DNA of 64,000 nucleotides from an uncultured bacterium (lineage in GTDB: Bacteria; Patescibacteriota; Minisyncoccia; UBA6257; 2-01-FULL-56-20). The notes beneath the pieces are model-generated. The model ran no database searches. It saw only the letters and a list, made by a program, of their open reading frames with translations, and was not told the origin of the DNA. Position 1 is the first letter of the stretch; each line of letters opens with the position of its first letter. The translations under genes were made by a program, and so were the position numbers. The stretch is from NCBI GenBank assembly GCA_963719425.1, contig OY970382.1, positions 650,880-714,879 on the forward strand. The letters are read 5' to 3'. Shown here piece after piece: positions 10,480 through 19,631 of this stretch.

Positions 10480-10920
10480 GATCAAATGAGACATCGCCCC
10501 GAGACACGCAAAAAGTGTCTCATTTGTCTCATTTGATCAAAAAAAGTCTTATTTTACGGGCTTCGGTTTTTCGAAATGAGACACTGGTTTGTCCCACTGG
10601 AACACCCAGTTTTGTGTCTCATTTTGTCCCATTTCGGACACGTCCGGAATGCCGTTTTGGTGTCCGATTTGTCCGATTTGGCACACCGGGATGGCACACG
10701 AAAAAGTGCCTATGCTGTGTGCCATTTGTGCCATTTTCTCCCAAAATGTTACATGCCCCGGCAGTGTAACATTTGTAACATTTTGGGCGTTGCGCTTGGG
10801 ATGTTGCATTCCGGATCCCTTGAAAACACACATATTTTCGGTCTTGGCTGGCCACCCCACCGCAGAGGTGTCATTTCCCAAATGTTACACATCGTGTTGC
10901 ATTTGGTGCATGTTGCATTT
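10480..10920. repeat. Array of hairpin units built on TGTnnnATTT with a unit-specific core
   Basis: Cores CTC, CCC, CCG, GCC, AAC and TGC; most units have inverted copies plus a tandem pair; 14-bp perfect IRs at 10480-10538 and 10740-10787. Confidence 0.9.
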
Positions 10921-10996
10921 ACCCTAAATCCAAGAGCGACCTCCCGGCTTCAAAAACCGCTTTTCCAAGAAAGCCCTGAAAGGCTCATCAAAAAGA

Positions 10997-11029
10997 GGTT
11001 CCCGACCGAGGATCACCGCCCGTTAGTGC
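10997..11029 (+). repeat. att-like site GGTTC-N14-CCGC
   Basis: GGTTCCCGACCGAGGATCACCGC is 22/23 identical to 12951-12973; its right side matches 2676-2692. Confidence 0.85.
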
Positions 11030-11100
11030 GTAAGTTTGAGGGGCCGCTTTGCCTAGTTTAACGCATTTCCACCCTGAGCTATAATTAGGGCATCAATAAT

Positions 11101-11274
11101 ATGAAGTTCAATATTTCTTCAAAATATTTTATCCCAATAGGAATCGCGCTCTATATTATTTTTCTTATCATAGGAGGCGTTATCGGCAGCGCAATTGGAA
11201 CAGTCGGATTTATCTTGTTTCTGTTGGGCCTCTTTGACATACTGCGTTCATGGTTTAAGAAGGGCAAGTCATAA
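11101..11274 (+). CDS. Small two-TM membrane protein (57 aa)
   Basis: Below the ORF-track cutoff: MKFNISSKYFIPIGIALYIIFLIIGGVIGSAIGTVGFILFLLGLFDILRSWFKKGKS; TATAAT upstream. Confidence 0.65.
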   Translation: MKFNISSKYFIPIGIALYIIFLIIGGVIGSAIGTVGFILFLLGLFDILRSWFKKGKS

Positions 11275-11409
11275 TATGAATAAAGGAGGTGATTTGAATT
11301 GCGATAAATGCGGAAGAACAATAAAATCAAAACCGAACTAATCCTTTATTGGCTATTTCAGTATTTGAAGTTCGTGTAAATAATCGAAATCTTACTTATA
11401 TCGTAGACA

Positions 11410-11868
11410 ATGATAGATAAAAATCCAAAAGGACTTTTTAGGGAGGATTTGAAAAGCGCCAAAGTTATAAGCGTGGGGAATAAATTTGGTATTGAGGCGG
11501 AATACATTGGTGGCGAAAAAGAATTACTCCACGATTCGTTTAATTCTTCCGATGAAGCTCAAAAGGAGATTGACGAGACTCTAAAATGGGTCGGTAGAAT
11601 TTCCCTATCAGATTCAATTAAGGCGACGGACGAGGTATTTGTTAAGATTGTTGACAACATTAAATGGGAGGCGAATGACCTCGCGCTCATTGGTATCTTA
11701 TTCACATTGATGGTTGGGCTGATTCCCCTGGTCAACCTTCTAGTTAAAAATTTATTCGCAGCCTGTATAATTGCTGTTATTAGCACAACAATCCTAATGG
11801 TGATAATTGCGAAGATAAAGATTGTTAAACGCCCTATAATCATATTCTTTAGATGGCTTTTGAAATAG
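11410..11868 (+). CDS. Hypothetical protein with two C-terminal TM helices
   Basis: 152-aa AT-rich ORF. Confidence 0.7.
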   Translation: MIDKNPKGLFREDLKSAKVISVGNKFGIEAEYIGGEKELLHDSFNSSDEAQKEIDETLKWVGRISLSDSIKATDEVFVKIVDNIKWEANDLALIGILFTLMVGLIPLVNLLVKNLFAACIIAVISTTILMVIIAKIKIVKRPIIIFFRWLLK

Positions 11869-11928
11869 AATCATAAAGTCGAGTATGTTCTCGTTATTCT
11901 ACTGACGGATCCGGGTTTTGGGGAAATA

Positions 11929-12017
11929 GACCCCGACCGACCCGCCTCAAATGACCGATTTCCAAGAACGTTGCGATGGATTGCCAGGATTTGGTTCTAG
12001 ACCTCTTCACACCGCCA
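11929..12017 (+). repeat. att-like direct repeat ending GGTTC-N14-CCGCCA
   Basis: About 70 bp aligns with 12887-12955 (ACCGAC.CGCCTCAAA...CCGATTT.CAAGAA.GTTG...GGATTTGGTTC). Confidence 0.85.
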
Positions 12018-12038
12018 GTTGGGAAAAACACAAATATT

Positions 12039-12830
12039 ATGAGTGAAAATTTAGATCATATACTAGAACACAAAAGATTCGCTCCAACCCCGGAATCGCT
12101 TAGCGCCATGAAAAATATCCGAGACATGCTTGAGGGCATACAAAAAAATATTCCCGGAATCCGCGGGATAGGTTTTATGGGGTCGCGAACAAAAGGCCAG
12201 GAAAAAGCAGATTCAGATTTAGATATTGTTGTTTTTTACGACTGGAATATAGTATTTAACACCAAGAAATATATAAACAAAGAAGTTATTCGAGATTCAT
12301 TTCCAGTAGATATCCCCCTCGATGTGGAGCATTATGGTGCTTTACATTTGGTAGAGATAGGTAAAGGGTCATTAGATTCTGAAATTTCTGACCTTGTTGC
12401 CACAGCCAATGAGATTGCTGAAGGAGAAAATATTCCAGTGGAACAAATTCCCACATTACCTTTCCGGTCACCTTTGAGCAATTTATTTATGCTTGCGGTT
12501 GGTGACCAGGTTTATAAAGCGAGGAGATATGTGCTTGAACAATTACAGTCCAAACCTTACGGAGAAAAATACCTTCAACTTTTAATGAAGCAACTCTCTA
12601 AAGACGAACGCGAAGGAACCAGGAAACGAATAAGCCCGCAATATCCGAATTACCCTAAAACTTTTGAAGACGCAGAAAAGTTTTTTATTACCGAACCCTA
12701 CGATCTTGAAGAATTAAACGCGCCACTTATATCGCCGGCCAAAGAAGAGCCAAGGCGTTTAGGAGAAACTATTACAGCAGCGATTAACAAATTCTATTTG
12801 AACCTTAAATCGAAGAAGGGACGTGAGTAA
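12039..12830 (+). CDS. Pol-beta-type (minimal) nucleotidyltransferase-domain protein
   Basis: GFMGSRTKG...DSDLDIVVF (GS...DxD). Start placed at MSENLD because the longer ORF begins inside the repeat. Confidence 0.8.
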   Translation: MSENLDHILEHKRFAPTPESLSAMKNIRDMLEGIQKNIPGIRGIGFMGSRTKGQEKADSDLDIVVFYDWNIVFNTKKYINKEVIRDSFPVDIPLDVEHYGALHLVEIGKGSLDSEISDLVATANEIAEGENIPVEQIPTLPFRSPLSNLFMLAVGDQVYKARRYVLEQLQSKPYGEKYLQLLMKQLSKDEREGTRKRISPQYPNYPKTFEDAEKFFITEPYDLEELNAPLISPAKEEPRRLGETITAAINKFYLNLKSKKGRE

Positions 12831-12886
12831 TGATCTGAGTTTGTGTAAAAAATTGGGTGCCATCTATATCGTTATAACGGAAAATT

Positions 12887-12973
12887 GAACCCTACCGACT
12901 CGCCTCAAACGGCCGATTTTCAAGAATGTTGTAACGGCTTGCTGGGATTTGGTTCCCGACCGAGGAACACCGC
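12887..12973 (+). repeat. att-like direct repeat ending GGTTC-N14-CCGC
   Basis: Homologous to 11929-12015 and 10997-11019. Confidence 0.85.
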
Positions 12974-13184
12974 AGATTTGGTTGAAGATTATTTTCCACC
13001 GCGAGCGGCCACGCTTCGCGTGGCATGAAATCTAGCTTTCCCTCGCCGAGCCGGGAGTTCGGGGCTGCCTAGCATCCATAGGTTCTCGCCCTCAGGTTTT
13101 AGCATCGCAAAAAATTTAGGGATAAATCGGAGAGGATCGCCGATCCGGAAAAAATGACGAAAAAAAGGTTATAATCTGATATAT

Positions 13185-13973
13185 ATGATCGAAGTAAGTA
13201 ATTTGACCAAAAAATATGGTGATCTTACGGCAGTAAATAACGTGAGCTTCACCGTGAACGACGGAGAGGTGTTCGCGTTCCTCGGTCCCAACGGCGCGGG
13301 TAAAACTACGACCGTGAAGATGCTCACGACGCTGCTTCATCCCACTGCGGGGGTTATGAGGCTTAATAATATTGATCCCGTACGCGAACCGGAGCAGGCG
13401 CGCCGAACATTCGGGATTGTGTTTCAGGATCCAAGCTTGGATGACGACCTGACCGCCTGGGAAAATATGGATTTGCACGGGGTGCTCTATGACGTGCCGG
13501 ATGAGGCGCGACGGAAAGGGTGCGAGGAACTCCTGAAGTTCGTTGATCTCTGGGATCGCAAAGATAGCGTAGTCAAAGAATTTTCCGGAGGAATGAAGCG
13601 TCGGCTTGAAATCGCCCGGGGACTCTTGCACGAACCCAAGATCCTCTTCCTTGATGAGCCGACGACAGGCCTCGACCCTCAAACGCGGAACCTCATGTGG
13701 GACCGCCTGCAGGATCTCAATAAGACCAAGGGAATGACGATCTTTCTCACAACCCATTACATGGAGGAAGCCGACAGGATGGCGAATCGCATCGCCATAA
13801 TGGATGAAGGCAAGATCATCGCCACCGGGACTCCGGACGAACTGAAGAAGCAAACGAATACCGAGTTCCTTGAGGATGCGTTCCTCGCGCTCACGGGCAA
13901 GACCATTCGCGACGAAGGGGCCAGTTCCACCGACCACGCGAGAACCATAGGCCGCCGGATGGGAAGAAGATAA
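13185..13973 (+). CDS. DrrA-like ABC-2 exporter ATPase
   Basis: GPNGAGKTT, FSGGMKRRLEIARGL, DEPTTGLDP. Confidence 0.95.
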   Translation: MIEVSNLTKKYGDLTAVNNVSFTVNDGEVFAFLGPNGAGKTTTVKMLTTLLHPTAGVMRLNNIDPVREPEQARRTFGIVFQDPSLDDDLTAWENMDLHGVLYDVPDEARRKGCEELLKFVDLWDRKDSVVKEFSGGMKRRLEIARGLLHEPKILFLDEPTTGLDPQTRNLMWDRLQDLNKTKGMTIFLTTHYMEEADRMANRIAIMDEGKIIATGTPDELKKQTNTEFLEDAFLALTGKTIRDEGASSTDHARTIGRRMGRR

Positions 13974-13987
13974 AACATCCTCAACAT

Positions 13988-14737
13988 ATGAAAAAAATCT
14001 ATTATCTTTGGCTTCGGCAAATCAAGAAATACCTGCGCTCCAGGGCGCGCATGATCGGCACGCTCGCACAGCCGATCATATTCCTCGTCATGTTCGGTTA
14101 TGGTTTCGGCGGCTCGTTCGGAGCAGGAGGGGGCAACTACCTTGACTTTCTGGCGCCCGGCATCGTCGGAATGAGCATTATCTTCACCGCCATTTTCACG
14201 GGTATAGAAGTAATTTGGGACCGCCAGTTCGGATTTTTGAAAGAAACGCTCGTAGCTCCCATGCCGCGCACCGACGTCATGATCGGCAGAACCGCGGGTG
14301 GCGCAACCGTTGCCACCATACAGGGCATTATCGTGTTGCTCATTTCCACCCTCTTTGGTTTCCAGCCGGCAAGCTGGGCGGCGGTTTTTCCCGTAATATT
14401 CATCATGTTTTTTATCGCGATTATTTTTGCATCGATCGGCACCATCATCGGTTCATTTCTCGACGACATGCAGGCCTTTTCGCTCATCATGAACTTTTTG
14501 GTCATGCCGCTTTTCTTCCTTTCGGGCGCGCTCTTCCCGCTGCAAGGACTGCCAGGTTGGCTTACGTTCATCTCCCGCATCGATCCCTTGACGTACGGCG
14601 TCGATGCCCTGCGCGTCCTCCTCGCCAACATCGGCCATCACGATCTGGGGCTGGGGACGGATGCGCTCGTCCTTGTGGGGATGGCAGTGGTATTTTCATT
14701 GGTGGGTGGTTATTTCTTTGAGAAAATTCAAGTTTGA
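13988..14737 (+). CDS. ABC-2 type permease
   Basis: DRQFGFLKETLVAP, FLSGALFP, PLTYGVDALR. Confidence 0.94.
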   Translation: MKKIYYLWLRQIKKYLRSRARMIGTLAQPIIFLVMFGYGFGGSFGAGGGNYLDFLAPGIVGMSIIFTAIFTGIEVIWDRQFGFLKETLVAPMPRTDVMIGRTAGGATVATIQGIIVLLISTLFGFQPASWAAVFPVIFIMFFIAIIFASIGTIIGSFLDDMQAFSLIMNFLVMPLFFLSGALFPLQGLPGWLTFISRIDPLTYGVDALRVLLANIGHHDLGLGTDALVLVGMAVVFSLVGGYFFEKIQV

Positions 14738-14778
14738 CCTGATATGTTATATAATGGCCACAAGGTGCGAATAATTCC

Positions 14779-16323
14779 ATGAAACAGTTTTTCACTGTCC
14801 ATATCCGTTTTGTTGCTGCGGTTGTCGTTGTTCTCGTTGCCGGCGGCGCGGCGTGGTATGTTGCTTCAAATGCGGCGCCTGCGCTTGGTTCTTACACCGT
14901 TGCGCGCGGAAATGTCGCCGAGGCGATTGATGAACCGGGGACGGTGGCCGCAGAGAATAATGCGGAAATTTCCTTTCAAGAAGCAGGCCGGATAACGCAT
15001 GTGTACGTGAAGGAAGGGGATACGGTGAGTATAGGAGAAACGCTTGCGAACTTGGATACCGCATCCTTGGAAACGGGCGTTGAACAAGCGAACGCGGCTC
15101 TTGCGGCGGCCCAGGCGAAGCTTGACGCGCTGCAGACGGGCGCCACGCCGCAGACGATCGCCGTATCACAAACCGCGCTCGCGTCGGCAGAACAATCGCT
15201 CGCAAATGGCTACACAGGAGTTCAGAATGCGCTGAATGACTCCTATGCGAAAGCGAACGATGCGGTACGCAACCAGCTTGCCGCATTCTTCTCCACGCCG
15301 GAAGGAATCAATCCGCAGCTTACGTTCAGCGTGAGCGATTCTCAAGTGCTTAATAATATTCAAAGTCTGAGGGTTTCCGCGAGTGCAGAGCTTAATGCGT
15401 GGCAGGGAGAGCTTGCAAGCACGACCGCGAACGCTCCTGATTCGGTTTTGGATACCGCGCTCCAAAACGCCGCGGGTCATCTTTCGACAATCCAGAATCT
15501 TGCGGACGACACCATGACGGCGCTTACCGATGAGACCGGCTTATTAGCATCAACGCTCGCGGCCTATAAAGTTTCGGCGACAACGGGATTGAATGAAGTG
15601 AATGGGGCAGTCACGGAGATCACCGCTGTCGAACAGAATATCGCTTCCGAAAAAGCTGCCATCGCGCAGGCGCAGGCGGGGTTGAACCTTACAACCGCAA
15701 GTTCAACATCCCAGGTTATCCAGGAGCAGCAGGCTGCCGTCGCGCAAGCGCAGGCCGCCGCTGCCGCCGCACAAGTCGCGCTGGACAATGCTTCGCTCGC
15801 CGCACCGTTCCCCGGTACGGTGCAAGCCCTCACCGCGCAGGTCGGGCAGGTAATCACGCCCAGCGCTCCGGTGCTTTCACTCTTAAATAACGACGGGCTT
15901 AAAATTCAAACCTACGTTTCCGAAGCCGACGTCGCAAAAATGAAAGCGGGCGATGCGGCCGAAGTAACCCTGGACGCGTTCGGTACCGGCACGACGTTTC
16001 CCACGACCGTAACGACGATAGACAGCGCGGAAACGCAAGTGAACGGCACGCCGTCGTACCTCATTACGCTTCACTTCACGAATTCCGAACCGCAAGTGAA
16101 GGACGGCATGACGGGCAATGTTCACATCGTTCTCGCCGAAGATGACAACGTAATCGTTGTACCGAGCCGCCTCGTGCTCAATAACGGCAACCGATATTTC
16201 GTGCTCGTAAAAACCTCCTCCGGGATCGAACAGAAGCAGGTTCAGATCGGCCCTGTGGGCGACAACGGCACGACGGAAATTACGTCGGGAATCAATGAGG
16301 GCGATACCCTCGCAAATTTCTAA
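14779..16323 (+). CDS. HlyD-family membrane fusion protein
   Basis: N-terminal TM, VKEGDTV, LAAPFPGTV, VKDGMT. Confidence 0.9.
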   Translation: MKQFFTVHIRFVAAVVVVLVAGGAAWYVASNAAPALGSYTVARGNVAEAIDEPGTVAAENNAEISFQEAGRITHVYVKEGDTVSIGETLANLDTASLETGVEQANAALAAAQAKLDALQTGATPQTIAVSQTALASAEQSLANGYTGVQNALNDSYAKANDAVRNQLAAFFSTPEGINPQLTFSVSDSQVLNNIQSLRVSASAELNAWQGELASTTANAPDSVLDTALQNAAGHLSTIQNLADDTMTALTDETGLLASTLAAYKVSATTGLNEVNGAVTEITAVEQNIASEKAAIAQAQAGLNLTTASSTSQVIQEQQAAVAQAQAAAAAAQVALDNASLAAPFPGTVQALTAQVGQVITPSAPVLSLLNNDGLKIQTYVSEADVAKMKAGDAAEVTLDAFGTGTTFPTTVTTIDSAETQVNGTPSYLITLHFTNSEPQVKDGMTGNVHIVLAEDDNVIVVPSRLVLNNGNRYFVLVKTSSGIEQKQVQIGPVGDNGTTEITSGINEGDTLANF

Positions 16324-16335
16324 CCTATTTTTGAT

Positions 16336-16989
16336 ATGGAAGAAGAATTAAAAACCGGGCAACCATCAAAGGGCAACCGCCGTGCAATCAGATCCACGGC
16401 TATTGTCGCCCTCATTGCTTGCGTCGCTATCGGCGGCGGAGCATACTGGTACATTGCATCGAGGACGGTCTATATTGATCTGTCGGTCATTCAGGCACCA
16501 GTCATTAATTTATCGCCGACAGATTCGGGACCGCTCCAGGCTGTGTTTGTGAATGTCGGCGACCTCGTAATGGCGAATCAGCCCATTGCCCGCGTCGGGG
16601 ACGAGATTGTCGAATCAAAAACGAGCGGCGAGATAGTTTCAGTTGATCAAAACATCGGCGAGTTTGAAAACGCCATGACCGGACAGTCCGTTGTGGCGAC
16701 GATGATTGATCCTACCCAGCTTCGCGTCGTGGGCCACCTGGACGAAGATAAGGGACTTGCAAACGTGATGGTGGGCGATGTGGCGAAGTTCACGGTTGAT
16801 GCATTTGGTTCAAGGGAGTATTACGGCGTCGTCGATGAAATAGGCCAGATTTCACAAGGGAACACAACTTCCAATATTTTCAGCCAGCGCCCGACAGACC
16901 AATTCAATGTGTATGTCCGCTTCAATCCGGCGAGGTATCCCGAACTCAAGGATGGCATGTCGGCGCGCATCTGGGTCTACGTGAAATGA
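16336..16989 (+). CDS. Short EmrA/HlyD-like adaptor lacking the alpha-hairpin
   Basis: TM, lipoyl/beta-barrel motifs, LKDGMSARIWV. Confidence 0.75.
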   Translation: MEEELKTGQPSKGNRRAIRSTAIVALIACVAIGGGAYWYIASRTVYIDLSVIQAPVINLSPTDSGPLQAVFVNVGDLVMANQPIARVGDEIVESKTSGEIVSVDQNIGEFENAMTGQSVVATMIDPTQLRVVGHLDEDKGLANVMVGDVAKFTVDAFGSREYYGVVDEIGQISQGNTTSNIFSQRPTDQFNVYVRFNPARYPELKDGMSARIWVYVK

Positions 16990-17116
16990 GCCGAGCAGAC
17001 CGGTAGCAAATTTCTTGAATCGCTTGGCGATGAGGTCTTAGACGGTGTTGTAGTGACCGCCGGCCGAGCCGGCGCAAACCAGTTTCAAAATCCGCGCGAT
17101 AGGGTAAAATAGGTTT

Positions 17117-18364
17117 ATGGAAGGGAAGAACGGCGGCGCAAAAAAGACCTCATACCCTAAAAACAAGATCAAGGTTTTGCTTTTGGAAAATATCCACGCG
17201 GACGCGGCAAAAACATTCTCTGATGAAGGATATCCCGTAAGGACGGTGGATCGGGCACTGGACGAAGCGGAACTTACAAGGGAACTCGCCGATGTTTTAA
17301 TCCTCGGCATTCGCTCAAAGACGAAGATCACGAGCCGCGTTTTGGCCGCGGCACCGCGCCTTCTTGCCATAGGAGCGTTCTGCATCGGGACAAACCAAAT
17401 CAACCTTGCTGAATGCGACAAGAAGGGTATCGCCGTTTTCAATGCGCCGTATTCCAACAGCCGCAGCGTCGTGGAGCTCGCGCTCGGCGAAATGCTGATG
17501 CTTTTGAGAAAAGTTTTCAACAAGAGCGAGAAGCTCCATGTGGGGGTTTGGGACAAAAGCGCGTCCGGCAGTTTTGAGGCGCGCGGTAAGCGCTTGGGCA
17601 TCGTGGGATATGGCAACATTGGTTCGCAACTTTCCGTCCTGGCCGAAGCGCTCGGCATGGAAGTGTACTTCTACGATATTGAGGAAAAGCTTGCCCTTGG
17701 GAATACGAAACGGTGCAGGTCGCTCGCGGAACTTCTCCGAAAATCCGACATCGTGTCGCTGCACGTTGACGGCCGCCCGGAAAATAAAAATCTGATCGGA
17801 GAGAAAGAGCTCGCACGCATGCGCCCCGGTTCGTATCTCGTGAATATCAGCCGCGGCAACGTCGTAGACCTTGATGCGCTCGCGAAACACCTCGCCGCGG
17901 GCCATATAGCCGGCGCCGCCGTGGATGTATTCCCCGAGGAACCCAAGGGCAACGGCGAACTTTTGGTAAGTCCACTGCAGGGTCTCCCGAATGTGATCCT
18001 CACCCCTCACATCGGAGGCAGCACCGAAGAGGCGCAGAAAAATATCGCCGGATATGTTGCGGGCCGCATCATTGACTTTATAAACAACGGTGATACCAGT
18101 ATGTCCGTCAACCTCCCTAACGTCCGGCTGCCGCTTTTGAAGAAAGCCCACCGCATCATTCACATCCACGAAAACATCCCCGGCATGCTCGCGCGCGTCA
18201 ACGAGATCTTTGCCGCGCACAAGATCAACATTGTCGGGCAATATCTGAAAACCACCGAAACGATCGGCTACACGATCACGGACATTGAGAGCGCCCACGG
18301 GAACGAAGTCATTGCCGCGCTCAAGGCCGTGCCGCACACTATCAAGGCGAGAATTTTATATTGA
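17117..18364 (+). CDS. serA: D-3-phosphoglycerate dehydrogenase with ACT domain
   Basis: FCIGTNQ, NAPYSNSRSVVEL, GYGNIGSQL, TPHIGGSTEEAQ. Confidence 0.96.
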   Translation: MEGKNGGAKKTSYPKNKIKVLLLENIHADAAKTFSDEGYPVRTVDRALDEAELTRELADVLILGIRSKTKITSRVLAAAPRLLAIGAFCIGTNQINLAECDKKGIAVFNAPYSNSRSVVELALGEMLMLLRKVFNKSEKLHVGVWDKSASGSFEARGKRLGIVGYGNIGSQLSVLAEALGMEVYFYDIEEKLALGNTKRCRSLAELLRKSDIVSLHVDGRPENKNLIGEKELARMRPGSYLVNISRGNVVDLDALAKHLAAGHIAGAAVDVFPEEPKGNGELLVSPLQGLPNVILTPHIGGSTEEAQKNIAGYVAGRIIDFINNGDTSMSVNLPNVRLPLLKKAHRIIHIHENIPGMLARVNEIFAAHKINIVGQYLKTTETIGYTITDIESAHGNEVIAALKAVPHTIKARILY

Positions 18365-18400
18365 ACACCCGCGCCGCCGCGCGCGCAGCCAGCCACGCCC

Positions 18401-19531
18401 ATGAACCCCACTCCAAAACCCGCTCCAAAACCCGTCTACTTCACCGTCGGCCCCAGCCAGCTGCATCCGAAGTTTGAAACCTTCCTCCGCGAGGCAAGCC
18501 GCGAAACGATCGGTTCCATCTCTCACCGCAGCGACCGATTTTGCAAACTCCACGCCGATCTCACGCAAAATCTGAAAAAACTTTTTGCGGTGCCGGAGGA
18601 TTACGCGGTGTTCTTCGCCACCTCGGCAACGGAGTTTATGGAGCGCACCGTACAAAATTGCGCTCAAAAGAACACGTTGCATTTCGTGAACGGAGTATTC
18701 TCAAAAAAGTTTTTTGAAATCGCGCAAGCGAACGGCAAGGCAGCGGTCGCGGTCCCACCGAAAGACGACCAATCCTTTTCCCTTGACCGCCTGCCCCAGG
18801 GCGCGGACGCACCGCCGGAATTGATCTGCCTTACACACAATGAAACAAGCAACGGCACGACGCTCCCCCGCGACTTCCAGGAATCGGTGCGGACCACATT
18901 TCCCGATGCGCTCCTTGCCCTTGATATCGTTTCCTCCGCACCGACGAGCGAAATTGACTGTGCCAAATTTGATTGCATCTTCTTTTCCATACAAAAGGGC
19001 TTCGGATTGCCTGCAGGCCTCGCCGCAATGTTTGTGAGCCCGAGGGCGCTCCGGAAGGCAGAACAGATTGAGTCGCAGCAAGCCGAACCGGGCAGCTCAC
19101 AATACACCGGCTCGTTCCATTCGTTCGCCAATCTTCAAAAACACGCGGAAAAGCATCAAACGCCCGAAACGCCCAATGTCCTCGGCATGTATCTTTTAAA
19201 CGAGGCCTGTCTTGATTTTCTCGCGCGCGGTATCGCAACGCTGCGGGCCGAAACCAAAGAAAAAGCCGCGTTAATCTATGCCGCGATTGAAAAATGTCCC
19301 GCGCTCACTCTCACCATACACAACGAAAAAATCCGCTCGCAGACGGTTGTGGTCGCCGAGGCAAAGCACGGCTCAAAAAAAATCATAGAAGCGCTCGCGC
19401 AAAAAGGATTCGTGATCGCAAGCGGCTACGGAGATAAAAAAGATTCCCAAATAAGGATCGGGAATTTCCCCAGCCACACCAAAGAGCAAGTAGCGAAGCT
19501 TTGCGAGGTGCTTCGCGATCTTCCTGTTTGA
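18401..19531 (+). CDS. serC: Phosphoserine aminotransferase (class V PLP)
   Basis: FTVGPS, HNETSNG, DIVSS, FSIQKGFG PLP lysine; directly after serA. Confidence 0.82.
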   Translation: MNPTPKPAPKPVYFTVGPSQLHPKFETFLREASRETIGSISHRSDRFCKLHADLTQNLKKLFAVPEDYAVFFATSATEFMERTVQNCAQKNTLHFVNGVFSKKFFEIAQANGKAAVAVPPKDDQSFSLDRLPQGADAPPELICLTHNETSNGTTLPRDFQESVRTTFPDALLALDIVSSAPTSEIDCAKFDCIFFSIQKGFGLPAGLAAMFVSPRALRKAEQIESQQAEPGSSQYTGSFHSFANLQKHAEKHQTPETPNVLGMYLLNEACLDFLARGIATLRAETKEKAALIYAAIEKCPALTLTIHNEKIRSQTVVVAEAKHGSKKIIEALAQKGFVIASGYGDKKDSQIRIGNFPSHTKEQVAKLCEVLRDLPV

Positions 19532-19631
19532 GTAGCAAGGAGACAACGCCCTTTTTAAAGACGCGCGTCGGCAAGCTCACCTGCCCAACAAGCTTGGCCG
19601 GAAACCGAAATTGACTTATGCTGTAAACACA

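Larger units (their letters stand above)
2683..11019. mobile_element. Putative LSR-encoding integrative element (~8.3 kb)
   Basis: Bounded by the direct repeat TCACCGCCCGTTAGTGC (2676-2692 and 11013-11029); carries LSR2, a HEPN module, a hairpin array and an ABC exporter operon. Confidence 0.6.

Noticed and set aside
10480-10920. CRISPR or TIGR-type guide array
   Set aside because: No constant repeat with regular spacers, no fixed period, and no cas or Nop-domain gene recognised
10515-11061. Overlapping Cys/His-rich ORFs on both strands
   Set aside because: By-products of the TGTnnnATTT hairpin array; no coherent protein signal
11976-12038. Longer start for the nucleotidyltransferase
   Set aside because: Lies inside the att-like repeat
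10858-13002. Additional CACCGC words at 10858 and 12997 as att cores
   Set aside because: They lack the GGTTC-N14 context or the conserved arm and could be chance matches
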